64,000 nucleotides of DNA, taken from Fimicolochytrium jonesii (Eukaryota). Below are positions 1 through 11,341 of the stretch, in pieces. Position 1 is the first letter of the stretch. Each line of letters begins with the position of its first letter. The DNA lies in assembly GCF_025526975.1 (NCBI RefSeq), contig NW_026515670.1, positions 744,001-808,000 of the forward strand, in the 5' to 3' direction. The notes below the pieces were generated by a model. That model was not told the origin of the DNA. It saw nothing but the letters and a program-made list of their open reading frames with translations, and did no database searches. The position numbers and the translations under genes are program-made.

Positions 1-1
1 A

Positions 2-376
2 ACACCACCGGCCAACCCCGTCGACGACACCACCGGCAAATCCTTCGACTCTTCCCCCGAGGTCTGGGACGTTGGCTACTATAACGAGACATTAAGCACA
101 CCCGTTGCGCCTGCCGGTCAGGTCCGTCTCCAGTCCGACGTCGGCATCTCCCGTGACCCTCGTACCAAGCAAGAGTTTGCCAAGTACGTTGGCCGTCAGG
201 ATGACTGGAACAGGGATTTCACGGAGGCGATGGTGAAGATGGGAAAGAACGGATGGACCAACCTTGTTGAGTGCAAGGGTATTGTGCCGGCGCCCATCCC
301 GTTGCCTGCTGGAACAGGCGACGCATCTTGCCAGGGCAACAACGGAAACGGGAAGGGTAACTGCAAGGGTAACTAG
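2..376 (+). CDS. 3' end of a heme peroxidase, fungal class II-like (peroxidase-catalase superfamily); 5' part outside window
   Basis: Frame 2 is open from the window start to TAG at 374-376: ...GKSFDSSPEVWDVGYYNETL...GQVRLQSDVGISRDPRTKQEF...QDDWNRDFTEAMVKMGKNGWTNLVECKGIVPAP. This matches class II motifs FDSTP..FD, RLQSD..LARD.RT, F..AM.K and L.DCS.V.P. It is absent from the ORF track because its start is outside the window. Confidence 0.8.
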   Translation, partial: TPPANPVDDTTGKSFDSSPEVWDVGYYNETLSTPVAPAGQVRLQSDVGISRDPRTKQEFAKYVGRQDDWNRDFTEAMVKMGKNGWTNLVECKGIVPAPIPLPAGTGDASCQGNNGNGKGNCKGN

Positions 377-2179
377 ATGTTCGTAGAAGGACAGCCCGTA
401 GACAAATCTCCATAGACAACCTTCATACCATAGACAACTCTCCTACATTTGTTGCGGCGTATACTTGAGCCTGTAATTATGTAAATCATAAGCGATTCGG
501 TGATGTACAGATGATTTGGGTCAGATACAAGATTCCACCACACGGACCCATCTCGGTGAAGTGTTCCGATCGTCGCTATGCATGGTGCACGCAACCGTTT
601 CTCGAGGAGCCATTCCAACCGGGGGCCAGGGTGGGAGGGCCGGTGTCAACGATATCTTGACGATAAGAACGGGACTGCCCGCGAACTTGGGAACTGGCGC
701 GCTCCTAGCCTAGAGGGCTAACGTGCCGACCTGCGGCTCCCGCCACGTCCTTTCCAAACATACTTTCTGATCATCATAGCGCGCGCTCGATGCCTAGTAA
801 CCAATCTCTCCCGCTTTTTTCTTCTTCTTGCTTTCCGTCGCAGCACCTCCGAGAAGCACCTAGTGTACCGCTGGTGTATGCGCCTTGCTCAGACCGCGTA
901 AGCCCTTCCCAAAACTAGATCTATGGACAATTGGATATCATGCAGCGAGTCGACGCGTGGGAATACGTAACGTGAGAATAACGCGTATTCGGCCTATGAT
1001 GTGTCAGCACCCGCCGACCCTGTCAAAACGCAGCGCATTTGGCTAGCGCCTGCATCTGAATTGATCTAAGTTCTCCCGGTGGTAGTCTCGATGCTCTGCT
1101 GCGCTAGTTTGGGGCGCCCCGTCAGGAAGCCCCTAAACTCCTGCAGATCCTCCTCGCTCGTTTCCAGATCCACATGCGTGCTCGCCTTCAAGTTCAGTCT
1201 CAGGTGTTGCCCAGCGAAGCAAGCAAGCTGTCGATGAAGTGCGTTTTCCCCGCAGAACTCCCTGCCTCAAGTGACGCGTTTCCAACCTTACGTGTGCCTG
1301 CGGAGAAAGAATCCTACGTTGAAAAGACCGCGGCGGGGTAAGAGGTCTTGACGAAGACACTTTGAAAAGCACAGGGAACCGATGGAAGGCGAATGTGACC
1401 ATTAGGTAAGCTATCCTTGACTTTATGACTCTGAGCATCGAACGGTAGGGAGATACGCAGCCGAGGTACCAATGTAGCAAATTCTTTGAACCGGTGTCCG
1501 CTGTACCCGAATGGTGCTTGCAAGCCACATGTAACACTCAACTCCTCGGAAAAGTTGTGGTAGAGGGCTGAAACCACGATCCCGGGCAGGGAAACAATCT
1601 ATGAAGCGATCACAGATGGACGAAATCCCGGAGGTAAGCGCCCGTAATCATTCCAACGGAGTTAGGGCCAGGTTGATGGTCAAGAAAAAGCAACAGAAAC
1701 ACGTGGAAATATCGCAGAGAACAGTAACGGGAGCGTAATCACAATCGGTTTACGGGAACATGATTAATGGGGATCACAGTTGGACGACATGTCAGGGCGA
1801 AGGCAGGGATTGAGGACGGCGATGCAGGGGTGCAATTGATGGCAAATGTGTGTCGAAGTTCCCAGGGGAGTAACGACGGTGAACGGGCGATATTGGCCGA
1901 GCGTGCTTTTCCGTATGCAAGTATCATGTCTGCCAGAGGAGTACAAGGGGGAGATGCCAAAGAACGAAGTCTAACCCCGTTTCAGAGGAAACCGCATCGT
2001 TGAGAACAGCTGAAAGGAACGCACAGCTCGCAGGGGCTATCCAAGTGATTACGCAATAAAAAATGAAGGAATTGGGGTACAATTCGAAGGAAATCAAACA
2101 CCTCTGCCCGGTTAACCAAAGGGTATATCGATATGTAGATTGCTGCTGATCCCCTCCCGCTACCATGCAACTAATAAGC

Positions 2180-4888
2180 TCACACGTCTTCAGTGATGGG
2201 AAAGACATTCGTTTTGGTAATCTCTTTGGTCGTAGGCGATCCCGCCGTAAATTTATCCTTTTCGGTCTTCTCACCCTTCTCGAGATTGAGAACGCCGATG
2301 GACCCCGTGCGCGTTTTGACGGGGGCGAGGATCTTGAACCGGCTCGAGAACGCCTGAAGCTTGTCGATGTGTTCTTGGAACTCAGTGATACGTCCCGATG
2401 CAGCGGTGTTGTTAATGACGCGGACGAGACCAGCAATGCGGTCGCGGTGCTCTCGAGCCAACTGCTTTCCATCCTGCACGTAGATCGTGGCAGGCGCTGG
2501 CGCGATATGGGCGTTCGACGTGGGGATACCGTTGACGACGGATGCAGCCGCACCAAGGCGAGGGGACAAGTTGGCCATGGATCCGACCGACCCGTGTGAG
2601 GCGAGGGATTGCGTGCCTATGCCTAAACTCATCGACGCCTTCCTGGTATTCTGGCTGAGAGGCATGGGTTTGCCGGTCAAGTCCTGCGACGCCTTCCTCC
2701 CGTTGCCGCTCTTGACGCCAGACGCCTCGTCAGACGAACCCCCTGCGTGTGTCGAACGGTCTGTTCCGCGGAGGAGACGGCGCATGTGCTCGCGGGTGTT
2801 GGTTTGCGGGGAGAACACCGTAACCATCAGTTTGGGGGCGAACAGCGCGACGAGGCAGCCGGTAGCCCCAAGGAAGATGCCCCCGCTGTAGATGACGAAA
2901 CGGCCTTGGAAACTGTTGACCATGCTGTACACTCCCAGGCAGATGGTGAGGATAAACGTGGTAGAGAAGGTGGCTGCGGCAATGGCTTTACTCTGAGAGA
3001 ATGGAAAGACATGCGGACGTTAGCGTACTGAGAAAGGTCATGATGTTAAGCCAGGTCTCTTTCCTCACCTCATTCAAAGCGGAGCTCAAGTCCCTTAACT
3101 TGAAGCAAAAGTAGCCAGCAGCGGACAACATCACATACTTGATAGCCAGAACGACGCCCAGGTACTCAGACGTGTGCTTCCCATCGCAAGTGTAGTAGAA
3201 GGTGCGGTCGCCGTCCAGACTGTTCAACGTGGCAACCATGGGGTCGTGGACAGTCCACACGAGATACACCAGGGCATTCACGGAGCAGATCGCAAACACC
3301 CACTGCATGATCGCCCAGTTTGTCGCCTTAAACTGAATTACCGAGGACGCCGAGAACAGGAACAGACGGTAAAGACGGTAAGACTTGACGATGATTGCGG
3401 CGAAGGTGATATCAAAACCCAGACCCAACACCCAGGGCATCGCGCGACACACTTTGGTCAGCGTCGCGGCCGACACGCCTGGCAGCGGCTGTTGAAGGCT
3501 GTTGACGAGGATGGAGATGTAGACGGTTGCGATACCGATGAGAATCACATTGTTGAAGAAGTAGGAGGACCCTTTGATGATGGGCGTGTTGCGGTAGATA
3601 AGAGCAAACGCCGCCGCTCCGACCGTCAATATCAATCCGATAGCACCGAGAGCTAGTTGCGCACATGGGGAAACCACTCGTCAGCACATCATGCACACAA
3701 GCTGTTATATGTAGAGATAGAATCGCAATCCTCACCTATCATGGCATGCAAAGAACCGCGCGAGATGGCATCTGGCGGGAACAAATCACTGGTGATAGAT
3801 TCTTGCTGATTGGCAATGAACGCTTTCAACGTGGTGCTTCCGTAGGGCATGAAGACCTGCACAGCGCCGGAGTCAGCCACTTTTGAGATGTAGGTCAGGT
3901 TGCGGGTCAAGACATTGAGGTAGTTCGCGACGTCCTATAAATGAGAAGTTTCAGCATACATTGTACGTGGCGAGCATTTTCTCTGTATTCTAATCAATAA
4001 ATTTACCTGCATAACGTTATCAGGTGTGCCAGCAGGAAGCCCCATCCCGCGATAGATACCATCGACATAGTTGATGCCGAGTTCTTTGAAGGTGGGCGCG
4101 TCGATTTGTGGAAACTCGAATTCGGCAGCGATGGCGAGAGTGCGGAGATCCGGGCGGTTGAAGACAGCGGGAGTGGTTGTCCAGGCAGCACGGTATTTGC
4201 CCTGCGAGGTTGGGAAAAGAAGAAATGGGTTAACATAAGAAGGCCTGCCTTAAGCGGGAGTTCCTCACAGATTCGTGAGGTCACGCGTCCCTCCGCTCTC
4301 TCCGCTCACACATTCGACACATACCTGCAACAGAGCAGTGATAGCCACATTGGCACCATCCCCTGCACTCTCATATGCAACATCAAGTCTAGCCAAGCGC
4401 TTCAACCTCAACGTCGCCAAATCAAACACCGTGCCTTTCGCGGCACCGGAAATAATCATGCTCGAGTTTCCAGTACGGCAGGCATCCACGAAATCCGCCC
4501 AGGTCTGGATGGTCGAGTTGGACGGGACGATGAGAGCCAAGGGGGTATACGAATGGATATAAGCAATCTTGATATCATCAAAAGTGTAATTGGCGACGAA
4601 GCCGGGGTATATGGGCTGCAGCATGGTGTGCGGCAGGTTGATAAGCGTAACGACGCTGCCGTCTTTGGGGTCGTTCTTCATGTTGGCCCACGCCGCGGCG
4701 CCGCTGTTGGCGGCATTGTACACGAGCTTGCTGCCGGGGATGAAAGGCGCTTGCAGCTCGGCAATCGAGGCGGAGCCTCCGCCCTTTGCGAATGGGACGG
4801 TGTAGCTGAACGGACCGTATGGCCACGCCGCCAAGGCCGGTGACACGGCCGCCACGGCGAGCGCGAGTTTGAGGAGATTGTAATGCAT
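2180..4888 (-). CDS. Class C (7tm_3, GABA-B-like) GPCR with N-terminal signal peptide and TctC/Bug-type substrate-binding domain, about 784 aa
   Basis: Manually spliced exons 4888-4325, 4201-4007, 3934-3736, 3652-3069 and 2992-2180 (all GT-AG, phases consistent). N-terminal region: MHYNLLKLALAVAAVSPALA|AWPYGPFSYTVPFAKGGGS...DGSVVTLINLPHTMLQP...HSYTPLALIVPSNSTIQTWADFVDA...AITALLQGK...LRTLAIAAE...DAPTFKELGINYVDGIYRGMGLPAGTP. 7TM region: YRNTPIIKGSS, C..MPWVLGLGFDITFAAIIVKSYRLYRLF, LNESKAI, LFAPKL. Confidence 0.9.
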
Positions 4889-6057
4889 GATTGACGCAGA
4901 TATCAGTGAAGGGTATAGGAATAGAAAGCCTGGTAGAGCGAAGTGCAAACAGGTATGTGCGAGGCACAAGAGCGAATAAAGGAAAACGAGAGCGGCTGTC
5001 GTCTGACCACCCAGTTGTCTTTATAGCCCTGGGGATATTCAAGAACGGAGGAAAAGAATGGAATCCACAATTCCGCAATATCAAAATATCCACATTTGGC
5101 ACATACGCTCTAGCCATTCCTGCCTCTCAGTAGTTTTCGAAATCCGCGGACCACATATGTGCACCGTTATAGCCGGAAGGTGAAACACCGACCACCGGAA
5201 AGTGCATAGGTACGAAATCCAGGCGTGGCCAGACGGCGGGAGCTGTGCTGTCTGGAAGGTTGAAGGCTATGCCACATAAGGCGATGCAGAGGGGGGGAAA
5301 TAGCCAATCCGAAGCTTCAGGGCCTTATGGAAGGTCATTTTTCATCCATGGTATATAGAGCACATGACGGAATGCATTGTTTGCCTTCTGAAGGGTTGGA
5401 TCAACATTCCTCGGCGACCTAAGTTTACACACCTTCTAGAAGGTGCCCTTGTTTGTGATGTCATAGTACAACAGGGCTTTTCAGTGCTTTGCCTATTTTG
5501 AAGGCTACTGTATTGTTGGGCAAGGTTGAATCTTAAAATAGGGTCGAAATCGCGGACTTCCCGGAGCAGGCCCTTGAGAGCGTGGGGGAACGCATCCTTG
5601 CGTCAAGCTGCTGTTTACAACGACGCTTGTTTTAGAAGGTTAGGATTAAGCTTATTTTCCCGAGTCGAGCCAAGACGTGTTCCCCTTTCGCATCCCTTTC
5701 GCACTACCGTTGACAGGTTCAAGGTAGGCCTTTCGCCGTTCGCCGTGTATGTGACATCTGGGCTGCCTCATTACCGGCGGTGCCCAGGAGGCATTCCGAG
5801 TGAATCAGAAGGTGTCGGAGAAGTCACAGACGGACATTTGGCATTGCAACAATGTCTCCAGTAATGACAACCGGAGCGTTCCAAGCTGGCCAAATTTGTG
5901 TCCCAATGTTGAGATGCCATACGCAAAGCGTAAGTATGTACAAGAAAGAAACGGTCATTTCACCGGTTCCTACGCCGCTCGATGCAGTAAATTCCATCAG
6001 AAACTCTCTCGCCGCTAGATACACAAGAACGATCTCGCTACATGCTCTATACCTAGT

Positions 6058-7634
6058 TCAATATCCATATCCGTAATGAACGCGGCGCCTAACCCTCCCA
6101 CTTTTTCGCCTCCCTTCGGGGTCTGGCGTCTCGCTCACTCGCTCAAGCTTCCGCATCGGACTCTGGCTTTCGCTCAAAAGCTTAAGCTGTAACCGCGCGG
6201 GCGACTCGTCCGGAGTAGAGGTGGCGATAGATTCCAATTCGGAGGTTAATGGGGATACCGAGGACGTTGAGGCCGCACCGGCTCTTTTGCGTTTGCGGGA
6301 CGCGTCGGGAGTGCTGGTTGGTGAGATGTCCATCATCTCAAGTGGATTTGAGATCGCCGGCGAACCGGGGAAGGAGTCGAACGCCATTTCGACCTCGTTG
6401 TCGGGCGGGTCTGGCGCGGGTGCAACGCGCTCGTAGGTCCTATGCCCGACGGGGATGCCTGGAGCGTCGATATAGTAGAGCGACTTCCCGGGTACTACGG
6501 TTGTCGAGTTTGGGCGGAACAACGGTCGTTGCTTCAGTAATGGGCGACAGCGGAATGCTTTTCGTCGCGCAATGTGCGAAGCGATGCTTTGCTCGATCTC
6601 GCTTTGAAGCTGGGCTTGTGTACTGTGTCAAACATCCTCGAGTGAGTAGGCTTTGGCAAACTTTGATCAACAGAGGTATAGACAACGCCTCACCCATCAT
6701 CGACACCTTTCTGACCGTCCAGATTCTCAACGCTTGGGGCCATGCCCATGAACAGGAACGCCATTTGCGTTCGCACGACCTCAGCACACTCCTCCGGCAA
6801 ACTTGGTACATTGTTCATGAAAACCAGCGTCTTCAACGTCGTGAGGAACGCGCTGTCCTTCACATCATCGTGGTCAAGGTTTAGGCCAAAATACGGAGAT
6901 GGTGATGGCCGCACCAAATTCGCGAACCATTTCGGTTCCGATTCCGGCTCTGGCTCTGCCTGCGGTTCAGGTTCGGCTCCGAATTCAGGCTCAGGTTCGG
7001 GAGAGGCTACTTCGCTGTTGTACTCGGGCGGTGGTGGTGGTGGTGCCTCTACCGCCTCCTGCTCTTCCTGGTTTATGGATTCCCCCAAGCTTTTCTCGAC
7101 GTTATTCTCCCCGTTTTCGTCGTCGACGTTATCCTCTAGGTTTTCCTTCTCCACCTCCATCTGCTCCGGCTCTTGTTCCCACTCCTTCTTACTCTCGTCC
7201 TCTTGCACCAGCTTCTCCTCGTTCTTCTCCAATTCTAATTCCTCTTCCTTTTCCTCCACGGCCTCCTCCTGCGCCGCCTCTTCCTCTCCCTCGCCCTTGA
7301 CTCTCTCCTCGGGCGTAGGCTCCTTTGCCTCTCGTTCCTGTTCTTCCTGTTCCCGCGTCTTGAACACCAGTCTTATGGTACTGGGACGCTGCGGTGGTCT
7401 TCCCCGTGGTCTTCCCCGTGGCCGTCCGCGTCCCCGTCCTCTCCCTGGACCTGACTCTGTGTCTCCTTGTGCTAACCCTCCTCGTCCTGACCCGCGCGGC
7501 CGTCCTCGCCCACGCTTCACCGTGCCCGTGCCGGGAGTAGCAGTCTCGGCGCCGACGGGCGGCGTGCTTTCACGCCTTTCCCTGAGCACCCTACTGGCCG
7601 GTCTTAGAGTGCTGAGGTCCTTGATGTCGGTCAT
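6058..7634 (-). CDS. Hypothetical nuclear protein with AT-hook motifs and acidic region
   Basis: Exons 7634-6694 and 6622-6058 (GTGAGG...CAG intron) join two ORF-track ORFs in frame. AT-hook-like KRGRGRPRG and GRGRPRGRPRGRPP motifs, an E-rich linker and basic NLS-like RKRKR. Confidence 0.7.
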
Positions 7635-8392
7635 AGTGGGATGTATGTGTGTGTGTGTGTCTATGCGTACGGTGATGGGAGCACCTTTAAGGATGAGTGT
7701 GAAATGGAAGCGCCAAGCGTCCTCAGGTCCCATTGCCCATTCATCCTCTGCATCGCACTTCGTCACGGGCCGGCACACAGATACCACAGTCGTAACAGCT
7801 ACTGCCACTAGGGTGCACCTTCATACGAGCGCAAAGCAACAGTATCATATTTGGTGTGGCCAAGAGGGCTTCCGACGTTTCGATACCACAGGATGGCTCT
7901 AGATGGCCCCTTTCAACTGAATACTCCAAACAGCACTTTTCGCGGTGCCTCCCATCAAACGAACACTAGGAGTGACAATCCTGATAATACACATTGTTGC
8001 AAAAGTGCCTGGAAGCAGTTGGAAACGTTTCCAGGTGTGTCATGCGGACCGACAGGACTATCCGCTCGCCAAGTAAGCTTGTCATTCCGATACCTGTTGC
8101 TCAGGCGGATATGTCGGACGGCCACCATCTTTCATTTTTCCAGGGTCAAGCGTATGTCGAAAGAAGATCATTGAAATATGGCGTCCCAACCGCTGATGCA
8201 ATCCCGGCAGCACCTTCCACCAGAAAGTGGCAAAAACCTAATTGATCCCATATTCTTCACTGCTTCTTTTGGCATTTTTGGTTCATTGATCGACTACTGC
8301 ACAAATATACATACTGTACTCCCCAAAAGTCTCGTTTACTTTACATGAAAGATACCTACATGTCTCATTTCAAATTTACATCCACACCATGT

Positions 8393-10805
8393 TCACCGTC
8401 CCGCAACAACACCCCCAGGAACCGCCGGCAACGGCCTCCCAACCCTCATCCCACCCCTCAACCGTCTCACCCAGTCCTCAGCGTCCCCACCACACCCCGC
8501 CCTCGCCGCGCGCTCAAACCATGCCGCCGCCCCGATGAAGTCCCCGTTGCCGTAGAGCATCGCCGCGAGGTTGTACATGCCTTTTGGGTAGCCTGCTAAC
8601 GCGGATTGCCGGAGGTAGCTCAGGGCAAGGATGTGGTTGGGTTGGCGGGGTTTGGGTGGGGGGCTGATGTTGCCGCCTTCGCTTTGGGAAGAGGAGGACG
8701 AGCCGGATGCGGAAGTGGAGGATGTGCGGCGGCCCCTGCCTCGGCCGTGGCCTCGCTGCTGCTGTCGTCCGCGGCTCATCGATGGGCCGCCGTGGGAATC
8801 CTCCTCCTCCTCCTGCTCATCCTCATACACCTCCTCATCGTTGTCCGATGGCACCCCGTCCGCGTCCCCCGACGCAACACCCATCCCCGCCGCATACATA
8901 ACCCCAACATTGCACATCGCCGCCGCATGCCCCAACCTAGCCGCAGAGAGGTAGTACTGCATCGCGCGGCCATGGTCCGGTTCCACTTCCCCTCCATCCC
9001 CCTTCGCCTCGCCACTCCATCCACGCATCCACAAAACCGCCAAAGTGTATGCCGCATCTGCATGCCCCTTCGCCGCCGCGGCATGCAAGTGCGGCACGGC
9101 GAGTGCGACTTGGTCCCGCGCCAGCAAGGCTGTGCCCAGGGTGTAGGAGGTCGCGGAGGAGGTCGGGGTCGGGTGGTGCATGCCGTGCCAGAGAAGTTGA
9201 AGGGGCGTTGGTTGTATGTTCTCATTGTGTTTGGATTTGGACTTGGTGTGGGAGGTGGCAGGGGTGGAAGCTAGGGCGGGTGTAGAAACCGTCCGCCGCA
9301 CCCTTAACGATAAACTCCGTGACCTGCGCGGCAGCGAGGCTGTCACAGCAGGGGTCGTCGTGACGGGATGAGATAACGAATGCAAACTCGTTGTCGACGC
9401 ACAGGGTCTCAGCACCTTCGGGTGGCCACGTTGGTAAGACGATGCATCGGACCCACTTTCCTCCTCGCGAACGCGTCCGAGCTCGACGCAGCTGCGGGCG
9501 GCGAGGGCGGAGCCGTAGGTGAATGTTGCGTACTTTCGAGAGGTTGACGCGGACATGGATGCGCGTCGGCGACTGGTGGTGTTTGCTTTGTTGGCGTTGA
9601 CGACGGATGGGAGGTGGACTGTCGAGCTGCCATGGGTTAGCGCTGCGTCGAAGGCTGAGCGTTTGGTCTGAGAAGTACATGCAAATGGGATGAGTGAATG
9701 GGTCCAGAAAGTCAACATCAAACATAGAAATCAGGGAACGACATACCGAGAACCTCCTCCTAACACTAATCCGCACACTACTCGCCCGTCTCCTCAATGC
9801 CCCAAATCCGCTCTTCTTCCTCTCCTCATCCTCATACCCTTCCTCCCCACACTCAAAATCCTCGAAATCAAAATCCCCAATCCGGGTCTCACTCGGTCTG
9901 CGTCGTACATTAACGGTGCCCGCGACGGACATTGATTCGGAAGGCGCGAGTGAGGCTAGGGAAGGGTTGCTGTGCAGGGTACGTAGGGGTTGCGGGGGTG
10001 GTTGTTGGGGTGTTGATGTCTGTTGTTGACTAGGAAACGCGTACGGGTGATGAGGACTCGGACACGTAGAGTGGTGCTGCTGCGGATGATGCGAATCACT
10101 GACATGGCGACGCTGGTATTGCAGTTGCGGCGGTGGAGGTGGGACGGGGTAGTTCACCGGATCGTACTTTTGCTGCACCGGATGCTGCTGTTGGTAAATA
10201 TGTTGCTGCGCATGCGGGCGGTTACGCGGCGGCGGCATGGGACTGACGGGAGTGTTGGATGCGGGATCGTATCCATGTGCATGTGCATGTGCAGACCCAG
10301 ACACACCGCGGCGGTTGGGATGGGAAGGAAGCCGGCGATGTGGGTAGACTCCCGTCACTGCCGGTGCATCACGGCCCTGCATGTTGTCGGCTTGAGGCCG
10401 CGCATGCACGTTCACGTTCTCCTTGTCCGAGTGATGCAACCTGGCTCCACGCCTGTGGGCACTGACGTCAAGCACACGATGGCTGTTCGTTCGGCGGAGG
10501 ATTCCGCTTGGCTTGCGTCCCAAGGACGACGTGGAGGATGAGGAGAATAGCGATGAAGAAGAAGACGAGGAGGATGGTGGTGGGCAGGAAGACGCGGATG
10601 ACGTGCTGTCGGTCCTGACCTTTGCGCTAGCTTCAGGCTCTGCGTCCGCTGATGATGCAGGTCCGGATTTGCGAGTCGCCGGATGAGCGCCACCCATATG
10701 AGGCTTCCGCTGCTGCGAATTCTGCTGCTGCTGTGAGCTTGAACCCGAGCTGGTTGAGGAGAGCGAGGTTTGGCTGCCGAATGCTTTCCCGAGTGCGCGC
10801 AGCAT
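8393..10805 (-). CDS. Sel1-like repeat protein with long disordered N-terminus
   Basis: Exons 10805-9747 and 9667-8393 (GTATGT...CAG intron). C-terminal SEL1 repeats: AAAKGHADAAYTLAVLWMRG, AMQYYLSAARLGHAAAMCNVGVMYAAGMGV, SALAGYPKGMYNLAAML, AAAWFERAARAG. Confidence 0.8.
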
Positions 10806-11318
10806 GTTTGATGCGATGTTTTCAGGATTGAAAAGTAGCGTTGCGATGTGTGATGAAGTATGCAATGTGATGCGAATGATGGTTCTGTGCGTTGCAGATG
10901 TAGTGCTGTGCGTTCGTTGAGGCGTTGGATCTCCGTCGCAGCTACTATAAACTTCGATCTAAGCGGATGACACTGACGATATTCCTGCTTCTGACAACAA
11001 CCAAACCGACGTCCGGCTCCACCTCCGAGAAGCTTAAGCGTGCGCCAATTCCCGTTTCTCGTTCTCTTTCCTTTCCTTCGTCTTCCGTCCGGCGCTGTGC
11101 TGTGCGGTTATTTTCACTTTTTGGGCGGGAAAACCGGATACGAGAGTGGGCCCCTTTAGGCTTTTGTAGAGATCCCGAGTCACTATGCGACGGAGCGAGG
11201 GAAAGGGCGTGTGCGAGCAGAACACGAGATGTTGGGTGGGAGGGAGCGAGTTGGAGCGGGACGGGCGAACGTTGCTGTGCTTCGCGTACTTTTAATGCAG
11301 AGAAAGCGGTTGCATGTG

Positions 11319-11341
11319 CAGACAGACAGACAGACAGACAG
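11319..11341. repeat. (CAGA)n microsatellite
   Basis: cagacagacagacagacagacag. Confidence 0.8.

Noticed and set aside
400..2150. Short ORFs between the peroxidase and GPCR 3' ends
   Set aside because: No recognisable motifs or coherent exon chain.
4007..4888. Bacterial contamination or chimeric assembly as the source of the TctC-like domain
   Set aside because: The domain is interrupted by canonical spliceosomal introns with consistent phases and continues in frame into the 7TM exons.
6742..7902. 386-aa plus-strand ORF
   Set aside because: Ser-rich antisense shadow of the acidic AT-hook gene.
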